This document shows positions 23,213 to 33,255 of a stretch of DNA of 64,000 nt, one piece after another (within the stretch, counting starts at the first letter, position 1; every line of letters begins with the position of its first letter). The DNA is from Methyloceanibacter sp. (GTDB lineage: Bacteria > Pseudomonadota > Alphaproteobacteria > Rhizobiales > Methyloligellaceae). The stretch lies in contig DATKYG010000017.1 in assembly GCA_035528655.1 (NCBI GenBank), forward strand, positions 60,367 through 124,366, given 5' to 3'. The notes under the pieces were generated by a model, which ran no database searches, was not told where the DNA came from, and worked only from the letters and a program-made list of their open reading frames with translations. A program made the position numbers and the translations under genes.

Positions 23213-23473
23213 TCAGTCGATGCCGCCCGGCTTGATCACGCCGTCTTCGAGCACTGGGGGGTGATAGGTTCCACCGCGTTCGCCGCCCGAGAACTGGACC
23301 AGCGTCGCCATGGTGACGAACAGAACCCCGAAACCGATCGCGAGCAGCCAGAACACCGGTGCGCTCTGCCATAGACTCGCCGGCGCCGCGCCCTTCACCC
23401 AGACCATGTAGGCCGCGTAGATCAGGAACGGCAGGGCGAAGAGCAGAATATCGATGAGAGCGATGCGCAACAT
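23213..23473 (-). CDS. Small two-TM protein (DUF6111-like)
   Basis: FALPFLIY, C-terminal YHPPVLEDGVIKPG; usual neighbour of cca. Confidence 0.8.
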   Translation of the reverse strand: MLRIALIDILLFALPFLIYAAYMVWVKGAAPASLWQSAPVFWLLAIGFGVLFVTMATLVQFSGGERGGTYHPPVLEDGVIKPGGID

Positions 23474-23547
23474 CGGCTGGACGGCCTCCCCTTGAAGTTA
23501 GTTTTGCCGAAAAGCTTAGCTTCGCCCGTCCGACAAAGCGAGGCGCT

Positions 23548-24147
23548 TCACTCTTCCCCCATGGGGAACGGAAAGAAGGCGCCGCCGCTCCACACGCCGG
23601 TGGCCTTACCGGCGTCGCTTTCAGCCTCGACCGCCAACGCGGTGAGCTCGTAATAGACCGGCCGGGCAAGCCGCGCCCGCAAGCCGTCGCGCACCACCAC
23701 GTAAGGCGCATGTCCGCCCGCTTCGGCGCGGAAGCCGATGGGGTGGTCTGTGTCCGCCGTGACCACATCGTCGACATTGGTGCGGAAGGTGAGACGCTGG
23801 CCGGTGCCGCTGCCCTCTTGCATGAGCTCCACGGCAACGAAGGGCTCGGCCTCGACGGCGATGGGCACCTTCTCCACCGGCGTCACCAAATAGAAGCCGT
23901 CGTCTTCGCAGCGCAACACCGAGGCGAACAACTTGACCAGCGGTTTCCGGTTAATCGGGCCGCCTTGGTAGAACCACGTGCCGTCGCGGGCGATCTTCAG
24001 CCCGATGTCCCCGCAATTATTAAGGTTTGGCAATATTGGCTTCGGCTGTTTGCCGCCGCGCGTGCCAGATGCTACGAGTCCATCTCTTTTGTCTTGGTCA
24101 GACATCACCATATCAGCCGTTTCTGACCTCTGTTTATGCTTCGCCAC
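23548..24147 (-). CDS. DUF1285-family protein
   Basis: CGDIGLKIARDGTWFYQG, LVKLFASVL, LVTPVEK, FRTNVDD; true start may be slightly downstream. Confidence 0.9.
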   Translation of the reverse strand: MAKHKQRSETADMVMSDQDKRDGLVASGTRGGKQPKPILPNLNNCGDIGLKIARDGTWFYQGGPINRKPLVKLFASVLRCEDDGFYLVTPVEKVPIAVEAEPFVAVELMQEGSGTGQRLTFRTNVDDVVTADTDHPIGFRAEAGGHAPYVVVRDGLRARLARPVYYELTALAVEAESDAGKATGVWSGGAFFPFPMGEE

Positions 24148-24270
24148 GGAATGCGCCAGCCGGCATCGGCGCCAACGCTATTGTGACCTAATTGCCGTGC
24201 AAAGTGTTCCGCTTTCCCAGGCCTTTGGCCCTATATTTCTCCATCATCAGGACCGAGCGAAACTGAATCC

Positions 24271-25269
24271 ATGACCACACTTGCCCAATCCGAGTCCCAA
24301 CTCGTGGATCGCCTCGACGAAATCGGCGCCAAGATCCAGGACGTGCGGGATGCCACCGCCAGCGTCATTTTCGGTCAGGACCGCGTTATCGACCTTGCGT
24401 TGATCACGCTCCTGTCGGGCGGCCATGCGCTGCTGATCGGCGTGCCCGGCCTTGCCAAGACGAGCCTCGTCGAGACCCTCGGCGCCGTGCTCGGTCTCGA
24501 CAACAAGCGCATTCAGTTCACGCCGGACCTCATGCCATCCGACATCGTCGGTTCCGAAGTGCTGGAAGAGGAAGCCGGCGGCCGCCGTAACTTCCGCTTC
24601 GTCAAGGGCCCGATCTTCACGCAGCTTCTAATGGCTGACGAGATCAACCGCGCCAGCCCCAAGACCCAGTCGGCGCTGCTTCAGGCCATGCAGGAAAACC
24701 ACGTCACCGTGGCCGGTGTCCGCCACGACGTGCCCCACCCGTTCCATGTGCTCGCAACTCAGAACCCGCTGGAGCAGGAAGGCACCTATCCTCTCCCCGA
24801 AGCGCAGCTCGATCGCTTCCTGCTGCAGATCGACGTGTCCTATCCCAACGCCGACGCCGAACGGCGCATGCTGTTCGCCACCACCGGCGTCGAGGAGCGC
24901 AATCTCAAGACCATCCTCTCCGCCGACGAACTGATGATGGCGCAGCGCCTCGTGCGCCAGCTACCGGTCGGCGACCAAGTGGTCGACGCCATCCTCCAAC
25001 TGGTCCGTTCCGCGCGGCCCGGCACCGGCATTAACCAGGAGCTGGAAGACATGATCGCTTGGGGCCCCGGCCCGCGCGCCAGCCAAGCCCTGATGCTCGC
25101 TGTCCGCGCCAAGGCGATGATGGATGGCCGGCTCGCACCGTCCGTCGACGACGTCGTCGACCTTGCCGAGCCTGTGCTCAAGCACCGCATGGCGCTCACC
25201 TTCGGCGCCCGCGCGGAAGGCGTCGAGATGAGCGACATGATGGCAAGGCTTATCGAGCCGCTGAGGTAG
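24271..25269 (+). CDS. moxR: MoxR-family AAA+ ATPase
   Basis: GVPGLAKT, QFTPDLMPSD, ADEINRA, ATQNPLEQEGTY. Confidence 0.95.
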   Translation: MTTLAQSESQLVDRLDEIGAKIQDVRDATASVIFGQDRVIDLALITLLSGGHALLIGVPGLAKTSLVETLGAVLGLDNKRIQFTPDLMPSDIVGSEVLEEEAGGRRNFRFVKGPIFTQLLMADEINRASPKTQSALLQAMQENHVTVAGVRHDVPHPFHVLATQNPLEQEGTYPLPEAQLDRFLLQIDVSYPNADAERRMLFATTGVEERNLKTILSADELMMAQRLVRQLPVGDQVVDAILQLVRSARPGTGINQELEDMIAWGPGPRASQALMLAVRAKAMMDGRLAPSVDDVVDLAEPVLKHRMALTFGARAEGVEMSDMMARLIEPLR

Positions 25270-25276
25270 GCCAAGC

Positions 25277-26224
25277 GTGTCGAACGCTCAGGCGAAACAG
25301 CTCAAGCCGTTTCTGGCCGAGGAAGCCGAAGCCCATGGGCTTGCGGCGCGCATGCCCGCGCTTCTCATCGAAGCCCAGCGTGTCGCCCATACCGTCACCC
25401 ATGGCACCCATGGCCGCCGCCGCGCCGGCCCGGGTGACACCTTCTGGCAGTTCCGCCACTACGATCAGAACGACGCCGTCTCCGGTATCGACTGGCGCCG
25501 CTCGGCAGCCTCGGACCATTTATTCGTGCGCGAGCGAGAGTGGGAAGCGGCCCACACGGTCTGGCTTTGGGTCGATCTCTCACCGTCCATGCTTTTTCGC
25601 TCGTCGCTGGCCAAGGTGACCAAGGAAAGCCGGGCCGTCGTGCTGGCGCTGGCGCTGACCGAACTTTTGTCCCGCGCCGGCGAGCGCGTCGGCCTTCTCG
25701 GCGGCGTGCCCTTCGCCGGGCGCAATGCCGGCCGCAAGGTCGCCGAAATTCTCTTGCGCGAGACCTCCGATGTGAGCCTGCCGCCGCGCGCGCGGCTCAG
25801 CCGCTTTTCCGAATGCATCCTGATCTCGGATTTCCTAGAGCCGGTGGACGAGACCGTGGCGCGGTTCCAGGCCATTGCCTCTCAAGGCGTGCGTGGCCAT
25901 CTCATACAGGTGCTCGATCCGGCGGAGGAGACTCTGCCTTACGCGGGGCGCACCGAGTTCGCCTCGAGCGAGGGCGGCGCCAGTGTCATTGCCGGCCGCG
26001 CCGAGACCCTGCGCGACAGCTACCAAGCGCGGATGAAGCGCCACCGCATCGATTTAGCGGAAGCCGCGCGCCGGCTCGGCTGGTCGTTCGTCGTCCACCA
26101 CACCGACCGCCCGCCCGAGGAAGTGGTCCTCGCCGTTCACAGTCACCTCGCCGGACTCGACCGCGACTACCGCTATCGCGCCCCGCGCGCCGCGGCGCCC
26201 GCATCATCGGCTGAACCGGCATGA
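25277..26224 (+). CDS. DUF58 domain protein
   Basis: FWQFRHY, IDWRRSA, VREREWE, ISDF; follows moxR. Confidence 0.93.
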   Translation: MSNAQAKQLKPFLAEEAEAHGLAARMPALLIEAQRVAHTVTHGTHGRRRAGPGDTFWQFRHYDQNDAVSGIDWRRSAASDHLFVREREWEAAHTVWLWVDLSPSMLFRSSLAKVTKESRAVVLALALTELLSRAGERVGLLGGVPFAGRNAGRKVAEILLRETSDVSLPPRARLSRFSECILISDFLEPVDETVARFQAIASQGVRGHLIQVLDPAEETLPYAGRTEFASSEGGASVIAGRAETLRDSYQARMKRHRIDLAEAARRLGWSFVVHHTDRPPEEVVLAVHSHLAGLDRDYRYRAPRAAAPASSAEPA

Positions 26225-29073
26225 TGACGATCGGCGCCATAGGCTTCCTGCAGCCTTGGATACTGGCGGCGCTTGCCGCGCTGCCGGCCATCTGGTGGCT
26301 GCTGCGCTTCACGCCGCCGAGCCCGCACGTCGTGGTGTTCCCACCTACGCGGCTGCTCAAGGACCTCAAATCCACCGAGGAGACACCGGCGCATAGCCCA
26401 TGGTGGCTCACCCTGTTGCGGATGCTGCTTGCCGCCCTCCTGATCCTCGCTCTGGCGCGGCCCGTGCTGAATCCCGACCGGAAAACCTTCGCCGGCGAAG
26501 GGCCGCTCCTTCTGGTTATCGACAATGGCTGGGCCTCCGCCGCCCATTGGGCCGAACGGCGCGAGACCATGGTCGCGGCAATAGACCGTGCCAGCCGCGA
26601 CGGCCGGACCGTCATGCTGGCGCCAACCTCGCCGGGACAGCCTCTCGGCCAGCCGCTTCCCGCCGACGAGGCGCGCGAGCGCATCGGCGGCCTGACACCC
26701 GAACCTTACGCGCCGGACCGCGCGACCCTCGCCGCGGCCCTCGAAAAGGAACTTGCCGACAAGACCGGCCATAGCGTGGTTTGGCTCTCCGACGGCCTCG
26801 ACTACGGCGACGGCGAAAGCTTTGCCAGCGTGCTCGCCAAGCTTGCCGGCAATGGCGGCAGCCTCACCGTGCTGAAGCCGGCCGTAGGCGAAGCGGCGCT
26901 CGGTCTCGGCCAATCCACCGGCGAAGGCGGCGTGCTTGCCGGCCGCGTGCTGAGCGGCGTGGACGGTCCGCGCTCCGGCATCATCCGAGCACTTACCGGC
27001 CACGGCGAGCCGCTTGGCGAAGCGCCCTTCACCATCAAGACGGGAGAACGCGAAGCCGAAGCGAGCTTCGATCTGCCGCTCGAGATCCGCAATCAAGTGG
27101 CGCGCATCCAAGTCAAAGGCGAGCGTTCCGCCGGCGCCGTCCATCTGCTCGACGCCCGCTCGCAATGGCACCGGGTCGGCATCGTCTCCGGCGAATCCCG
27201 CGAGGAGGCGCAGCCGCTCCTGTCGCCGCTCTATTACGTAGAGCGCGCGCTGTCGCCTTATGCGGACGTCATCACGCCGAGCGAGCTCAATATCTCCACG
27301 GCCGTGCATGACCTCATCAACAAGCAGCGGGTCTCGACCATCGTGCTCGCCGATATCGGCAAGTTGCTCGCCGGCACCCAAGAGGAGCTGGAAGGCTGGC
27401 TCGGCGAGGGCGGCGTACTAATCCGCTTCGCCGGGCCCCGGCTCGAGCAAGGCGGCGACGAGCTACTGCCCGTGGCGCTGCGCCGTGGCGGCCGTTCGCT
27501 TGGCGGCTCGCTGTCCTGGAGCACGCCGCAGCCTCTGGCCGCTTTCGAAGACAAGAGCCCGTTCAAGGGGCTCACGATCCCCGACGATGTGCGCGTGAAC
27601 CGCCAGGTCCTCGCCGATCCCACCGTGGCCATGGACGCCGAAGTCTGGGCGACATTGGCCGACGGCACCCCGCTCGTGACCGCCGCCAAGCATGGCGAAG
27701 GCTGGATCGTGCTGTTCCACGTCACCGCCAACTCCGACTGGTCGAACCTGCCGCTGTCGGGCCTCTTCGTGGAAATGCTCCGCCGCGCCCTGACACTGGG
27801 ACCGAGCCAAGTCGGCGCCCAGGCCAACGACGACGGCGCAAGCATCGAGGCGGCCGCCGCGTCCGCGTCGACCACGGCGCTAGCGCCGATCCAGACCTTG
27901 GACGGCTTCGGCCAACTCGTCCCGCCGCCATTGCGCGCCGCACCGATCGCCCCCGACAAACTCGACACGACCGTTCCGGGACCGGATCATCCGCCCGGCT
28001 ATTACGGCCCGTCCGGCGCGGCCCACGCCCTGAACCTCGTGACCGCGAAGACGGAACTCGCGAGCCTGGCACCAATCGACGGCGCCAGCGAAGTAAGCGG
28101 CTACACGTTGAAGAAGCCCCTGGCACTCGAGCCATGGCTTTATATCGCCGCGCTTGGCTTGTTCGCCCTCGACATTCTCGCGGTGCTGGCGCTGAGCACC
28201 GGCTTGCGCTTCCGCCCCCGCGCCGCCACAGCCGTGGCCATCGTCTTCGCGCTCGCGCTTGTGCCGCTCGCCCTGCCTTCACCGAGCTTTGCTGCGGAAG
28301 GGGACGGGCAACCGCCCGCCACGGGCAACGCGGCGGACGAATTCGCCCTGAAGGCAGCGCTCAACACGCGCCTCGCTTTTGTGCGGACCGCCGACGCGGA
28401 TATCGACCGCACCAGCGAGGAAGGCTTAGGCGGCTTGAGCAAGGTCTTGCGCGCCCGCACCGCGCTCGAGCCCGGCGACCCCATGGGCGTCGACATCGAC
28501 ACCGACGAGCTGTCCTTCTTCCCGGTGCTGTATTGGCCCGTCCGCGAAGACGCCGAGCCTCTGTCCGATAAGACCCTCGCCAAGGTCGACGCCTATATGA
28601 AGCAAGGCGGCATGATCATCTTCGATACGCGCGACCAGGAGAGCGTGGCCTACGGCGGCAGCCAGGGAAAGGCGCTGACCCGCCTGATCGGCCAGCTCGA
28701 TCTGCCGCCGCTCGAGCCGGTGCCTGAGAACCACGTCCTCACCAAGTCCTTCTATCTGATGCGAAGCTTCCCCGGCCGCTGGGACGGCGGCTCGCTATGG
28801 GTCGAGGCCGAGCCCGCGGACGAGGCCGAGCGCAGCGAGCGTTCCCGCCGCACCGACGGAGTGAGCTCTCTCGTTATCACCTCGAACGACCTCGCCTCGG
28901 CCTGGGCGCTCGACGCGGCGAACCGGCCGATCTTTCCGGTCGTGCCAGGCGGCGAAATGCAGCGGGAGATGGCTTTCCGCGCCGGCGTCAATCTCGTGAT
29001 GTACGCGCTCACCGGCAACTACAAAGCCGATCAGGTGCATGTCCCTGCCCTGCTCGAGCGGTTGGGACAGTAA
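26221..29073 (+). CDS. BatA N-terminal / DUF4159 membrane protein
   Basis: N-terminal double TM (WWLLRFTPP...ALARP), C-terminal ALTGNYKADQVH. Confidence 0.9.
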   Translation: MMTIGAIGFLQPWILAALAALPAIWWLLRFTPPSPHVVVFPPTRLLKDLKSTEETPAHSPWWLTLLRMLLAALLILALARPVLNPDRKTFAGEGPLLLVIDNGWASAAHWAERRETMVAAIDRASRDGRTVMLAPTSPGQPLGQPLPADEARERIGGLTPEPYAPDRATLAAALEKELADKTGHSVVWLSDGLDYGDGESFASVLAKLAGNGGSLTVLKPAVGEAALGLGQSTGEGGVLAGRVLSGVDGPRSGIIRALTGHGEPLGEAPFTIKTGEREAEASFDLPLEIRNQVARIQVKGERSAGAVHLLDARSQWHRVGIVSGESREEAQPLLSPLYYVERALSPYADVITPSELNISTAVHDLINKQRVSTIVLADIGKLLAGTQEELEGWLGEGGVLIRFAGPRLEQGGDELLPVALRRGGRSLGGSLSWSTPQPLAAFEDKSPFKGLTIPDDVRVNRQVLADPTVAMDAEVWATLADGTPLVTAAKHGEGWIVLFHVTANSDWSNLPLSGLFVEMLRRALTLGPSQVGAQANDDGASIEAAAASASTTALAPIQTLDGFGQLVPPPLRAAPIAPDKLDTTVPGPDHPPGYYGPSGAAHALNLVTAKTELASLAPIDGASEVSGYTLKKPLALEPWLYIAALGLFALDILAVLALSTGLRFRPRAATAVAIVFALALVPLALPSPSFAAEGDGQPPATGNAADEFALKAALNTRLAFVRTADADIDRTSEEGLGGLSKVLRARTALEPGDPMGVDIDTDELSFFPVLYWPVREDAEPLSDKTLAKVDAYMKQGGMIIFDTRDQESVAYGGSQGKALTRLIGQLDLPPLEPVPENHVLTKSFYLMRSFPGRWDGGSLWVEAEPADEAERSERSRRTDGVSSLVITSNDLASAWALDAANRPIFPVVPGGEMQREMAFRAGVNLVMYALTGNYKADQVHVPALLERLGQ

Positions 29074-29077
29074 GCCC

Positions 29078-31168
29078 ATGAGCTGGTCCGTCGAGTTCCT
29101 CCCCTTCGTGCCCTGGCCCGTCCTGTGGGTCATCACCGGTATTGGCGCGGCGCTGCTCGCGCTGCTGTTCTGGCGCGCGCGCCGCGGTGCCGTCTTGCGC
29201 CTGCTCGCCTTCGTCATGCTGCTTCTGGCCATGGCCAACCCGCATCTCAAGCAGGAAGACCGCGAGCCGCTCACCGACATCGTTACCGTAGTGGTCGACG
29301 ACAGCCAGAGCCAGGCCATCGCCGGCCGCACCGAGCGCACCGAAGCCATGCGCAGGGGCCTGGAGGAACGCCTCAAGGCGATCCCCGATCTCGACGTACG
29401 CTTCGTGCGCTCCACCTCGACATCCGCCGACAACGAGCGTGACGGCACCATGCTGTTCAACGATTTGGGCGAAGCCCTCGCCGATGTGCCGCCCGACCGT
29501 CTCGCCGGCGTGGTCATGATCACCGACGGCGAGGTTCATGACGTGCCGGGTGCCGCCTCAGCGCTCGGTTTCGACGCGCCCGTCCATGCGCTGATCACCG
29601 GCAAAAAGGGCGAGTATGACCGCCGGCTGGAAGTGCTGAGCGCGCCGCGCTTCGGCATCGTCGGCAGCACCCAGCCCATCGAGGTCAAAGTCAGCGAAAC
29701 GCGGCCCGACGGTGCCGGCACCGTGATACTCACCGTCACCCATCAAGGCCAGGCGCCGACGCAGAAGACCGTTCGCATCGGCGAGACCGTCGAAATCCCC
29801 GTCGCGATGGATCACGCTGGTCCCAATATTGTCGAGATCGAGGCGGAGTCCGCGCCCGGCGAGCTCACCACGATCAACAATCGCAGCGTGCTGACCATCG
29901 AGGGCGTGCGCGAGAATCTGCGTGTCTTGCTGGTCTCGGGTGAGCCTCATACCGGGGAGCGCACATGGCGTAACATGCTCAAGTCCGACGCGTCGGTCGA
30001 CCTCGTACACTTCACCATCCTGCGCCCGCCGGAAAAGCAGGACGGCACGCCTATCGATCAGTTGTCACTGATCGCCTTTCCGACCCGCGAGCTGTTCCAG
30101 GAGAAGCTCGATCAGTTCGACCTGATCATCTTCGACCGTTACCAGCGCCGCGGCGTGCTGCCGTTGCTCTATCTCGAGAACGTCGCCCGTTATGTGGAGC
30201 GCGGCGGCGCCGTGCTCGTCTCCGCCGGCGACGACTATGCCTCCGCGCTCAGCCTCTACCGCACGCCACTCGGCCAGATCCTGCCCGCCGTGCCGTCGGG
30301 CCGGGTAATCGAGGAGCCCTTCAAGCCGGCGCTGACCGAGCTCGGCGGCAAGCATCCCGTCACCAGCGACCTGCCCGGCGCACATAACGGCGCCAATGGC
30401 GAAGCCACTTGGGGCCGCTGGTTCCGGGTCGTGGACGTCAGCCCGCAACAGGGCGAGGTGCTGATGAAGGGCGCCGACGACAAGCCGCTGCTCGTCATCG
30501 GCGAGCGCGGCAAGGGGCGCGTGGCGCTGCTTCTCTCCGACCACGCTTGGCTCTGGGCGCGCGGCTATGACGGCGGCGGTCCTTACACCGACCTATTGCG
30601 CCGCCTTGCCCATTGGCTGATGAAGGAGCCCGAGCTCGAAGAGGAAACCTTGAAGGCCACGAGCCGCGGCCAGACCCTCATCATCGAGCGCCGCTCGATC
30701 GAGGATGAGGTGGAGCCCGTCATCGTCACCACGCCATCCGGCAAAAAAGAGACCCTCACTCTGGACAAGGGTGAACGCGGGCTATGGCGCAAAACCATGA
30801 CCGCCGAGGAGCAAGGCGTCTACCGCGTGGCCTCGGGCGGGCTGGCCAGCATCGTCACCGTGGGCAACGCCAACACCCGCGAACTCGCAGCGGTGACCGC
30901 GACCGACGGCCCCCTCGGCCCGATCTTGGAAGAAACCGGCGGCGGCGCATTCTGGCTCGGGCGCAAGGACGACGAAGCGGCCTCCCTGCCGCGCCTGGTG
31001 ATGATGCGGAGCGGCCATGTGATGCATGGCGGTGATTGGCTCGGCCTGCACAAGCGCGAGGCCTATCACGTGAAGGGCGTGCGCCTGTTCCCGCTGTTCA
31101 CCGGCTTCCTGGCGCTGGCCCTGCTGCTCGGCCTGTTGGCCGCCACCTGGTACCGCGAAGGCCACTAA
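29078..31168 (+). CDS. Membrane protein with glutamine-amidotransferase-like domain (MoxR operon)
   Basis: VLLVSGEPH.GERTWRN, VDLVHFTILRPPEKQD; TM at both ends; start ATG 29078. Confidence 0.88.
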   Translation: MSWSVEFLPFVPWPVLWVITGIGAALLALLFWRARRGAVLRLLAFVMLLLAMANPHLKQEDREPLTDIVTVVVDDSQSQAIAGRTERTEAMRRGLEERLKAIPDLDVRFVRSTSTSADNERDGTMLFNDLGEALADVPPDRLAGVVMITDGEVHDVPGAASALGFDAPVHALITGKKGEYDRRLEVLSAPRFGIVGSTQPIEVKVSETRPDGAGTVILTVTHQGQAPTQKTVRIGETVEIPVAMDHAGPNIVEIEAESAPGELTTINNRSVLTIEGVRENLRVLLVSGEPHTGERTWRNMLKSDASVDLVHFTILRPPEKQDGTPIDQLSLIAFPTRELFQEKLDQFDLIIFDRYQRRGVLPLLYLENVARYVERGGAVLVSAGDDYASALSLYRTPLGQILPAVPSGRVIEEPFKPALTELGGKHPVTSDLPGAHNGANGEATWGRWFRVVDVSPQQGEVLMKGADDKPLLVIGERGKGRVALLLSDHAWLWARGYDGGGPYTDLLRRLAHWLMKEPELEEETLKATSRGQTLIIERRSIEDEVEPVIVTTPSGKKETLTLDKGERGLWRKTMTAEEQGVYRVASGGLASIVTVGNANTRELAAVTATDGPLGPILEETGGGAFWLGRKDDEAASLPRLVMMRSGHVMHGGDWLGLHKREAYHVKGVRLFPLFTGFLALALLLGLLAATWYREGH

Positions 31169-31183
31169 TCGGCCATCCGCAGC

Positions 31184-31684
31184 TTAGCGCGCGTGCGCCT
31201 TGACCCGGCCAGCCGCGCCCTCCAGCGCCCCGGACATAAGCTCGACGGCCAGCAAACGCGCCGGATCGACCGGACCAGGCAGGGTGATCTTCCGGGGCTG
31301 AACCGGCGCAAAGCCGAAGCGGCCATAATAGGGCATGTCGCCGACCAGCAGCACCAGACCGAAGCCCTCGTCCCGCGCGCGGCTCAAGCCCTCGCCGACC
31401 AGCGCCTTGCCGTAGCCTTTGCCCTTCACCAGCGGATCGACCACCAGCGGCCCCAACAAGGCAGCCCCCTCGCCCTCGCCGATGCTGATGGCGGTGAAGC
31501 GGATGCCGCCCACGAGGCGGCCGTCGAGCCAGCCGGTCAGGCTGAGCGCCGGCACCGGGGCCACGCCTTCTCGCACCCGATAGGCGCTGCGCGTAAAGCG
31601 GCCCGGGCCGAAGACATCGGCCGACAGCTGCGACAGCGCCGGCGCGTCGTCGGCGGTTTCAAGGCGGATTTCAAAATTTGTCAT
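31184..31684 (-). CDS. GNAT N-acetyltransferase (YhbS-like)
   Basis: FGPGRF.RSAYRVRE, LLGPL.V, GKGYG, LVGD.PYYGRFGF. Confidence 0.92.
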   Translation of the reverse strand: MTNFEIRLETADDAPALSQLSADVFGPGRFTRSAYRVREGVAPVPALSLTGWLDGRLVGGIRFTAISIGEGEGAALLGPLVVDPLVKGKGYGKALVGEGLSRARDEGFGLVLLVGDMPYYGRFGFAPVQPRKITLPGPVDPARLLAVELMSGALEGAAGRVKAHAR

Positions 31685-31781
31685 GGCGTTAGCACCGGGA
31701 TGGCTGATCGAGGGAGACCCCTCGCCCGCGGGCACCAAACGCGATCTTCAGGTGAGAAAGACGAGGTGACGGCGACGAGGA

Positions 31782-31853
31782 CTAGGCAGTCCGCGGAAGG
31801 CGGGCGCCCGCTCGTCGTCGGGGAAACGTCGTAATGTCGATCCTCGTGGTCAT
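31782..31853 (-). promoter_or_regulatory. Putative leader peptide/attenuator (MTTRIDITTFPRRRAGARLPRTA*) upstream of GNAT
   Basis: 23-codon ORF with CGA-CGA-CGA; Arg-codon tract complementary to downstream CTCGTCG/CTCGTC. Confidence 0.55.
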
Positions 31854-32091
31854 GACGGGCGCTGCCTTATCACGGACGGTTGCCCCAGGTCCAGAGTTCT
31901 GAGGCGTCCAGCGATCTGAAACGCCCAGCGGGACGAGACGGCGTCCCGCCGGCCCAATCCGATACGTTTACGAACCCGCTCAACTTCAGTATGTGTTATC
32001 GCCTCTCATCACAGTATTGAATCTGCTAAACTAAAGACTATCGAGGAGGGGCCGTGAAGCCACGCCCCTGACGGCAAAGCGGGGACATTTC

Positions 32092-32709
32092 ATGGCGGAC
32101 ACGGCGCGACTGCTCGTTCTTTATCATTCGTCCTACGGGCACACCGAAACTTTGGCTTACGCCATGGCGCACGGCGTGCGCGCGGTCGATGGCGCGCAGG
32201 TGGCCGTCAAGCGCGTCCCCGAGCTGATGCCAGAGGACGTCATGCGCGCCGCCGGCATGAAGGTCGACCAGCCGGCCGAGATCGCCGACCCGCAAGAGCT
32301 CGCCGATTACGACGGCATCATCGTCGGCACGCCGACCCGCTTCGGCAACATGTCGGCGCAGATGCGCCACTTCTTCGACCAGACCGGACCCTTGTGGGTG
32401 GGCGGCGCGCTAATCGGCAAAGTCGGCAGCGTGTTCACCTCGACCTCGACCGGCGGCGGCAACGAGACCACCATCGTCTCAGTCCACTGGACCATGATCC
32501 ATCACGGCATGGTCATTGTCGGGCTGCCCTATTCCGCGCCCGACCTGCCCGACATCAGCGAGGTCAAGGGCGGCTCGCCCTATGGCGCCGGCACCATCGC
32601 CGCGCCCGACGGCTCGCGTTCGCCGTCGCAAAAGGAATTGAACCTCGCCAGCTTCCAGGGCCACCACGTCGCCAAGATCGCCAAGAAGCTCGCCGGCGGC
32701 GACGACTAG
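32092..32709 (+). CDS. wrbA: NAD(P)H:quinone oxidoreductase
   Basis: [24 protein letters not shown]. Confidence 0.95.
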   Translation: MADTARLLVLYHSSYGHTETLAYAMAHGVRAVDGAQVAVKRVPELMPEDVMRAAGMKVDQPAEIADPQELADYDGIIVGTPTRFGNMSAQMRHFFDQTGPLWVGGALIGKVGSVFTSTSTGGGNETTIVSVHWTMIHHGMVIVGLPYSAPDLPDISEVKGGSPYGAGTIAAPDGSRSPSQKELNLASFQGHHVAKIAKKLAGGDD

Positions 32710-32720
32710 CCGACCCGCCA

Positions 32721-33218
32721 TCACCATTTCGCGCTTGGCGTCGCCGTCCCGAAGATCTCGGCGAGCCGCGTGCGCGTGCCCGCATCGGTCCCCGCCGGCA
32801 CATCGTCGGGCGCGAACATCGCAGCTTCCGCAATCTCGCCGAGCTGGTGATAATTCTCGCGCCGCGTCCAATCCCGGATGAGAAACAACGCGATATGGTC
32901 GCCGGGGAAATTGCTGCCGTTGGAGTAGAGCCCGTGCAGAACGGGCGCCCCGGTAAAGGTCACGCCCACTTCCTCCATAAGCTCGCGGGCCAGCGCCTCC
33001 TCGAAGGTCTCACCCCACTCGACCCCGCCGCCCGGAAAGAACCAGCCCGGCCGGTAGCTGTGCCGCACCAGCAGCACGCGGTCGTCCCCGTCGATGACCA
33101 CGCCTTGCGCGCCGAGCGTCATGCCCCGGCGCATGCGCCAGAACGGGCGCAGCACGGCGGTGATGAGCCGCGAGACGCGCGGACTGCGTGATGGTTTGGG
33201 GGTCAATCTGCCTTGCAT
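32721..33218 (-). CDS. NUDIX hydrolase
   Basis: Nudix box GGGVEWGETFEEALARELMEEVG. Confidence 0.92.
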   Translation of the reverse strand: MQGRLTPKPSRSPRVSRLITAVLRPFWRMRRGMTLGAQGVVIDGDDRVLLVRHSYRPGWFFPGGGVEWGETFEEALARELMEEVGVTFTGAPVLHGLYSNGSNFPGDHIALFLIRDWTRRENYHQLGEIAEAAMFAPDDVPAGTDAGTRTRLAEIFGTATPSAKW

Positions 33219-33255
33219 GGTCCAATCTTCTCACGGCCCGTTATGCCGTCACAGT

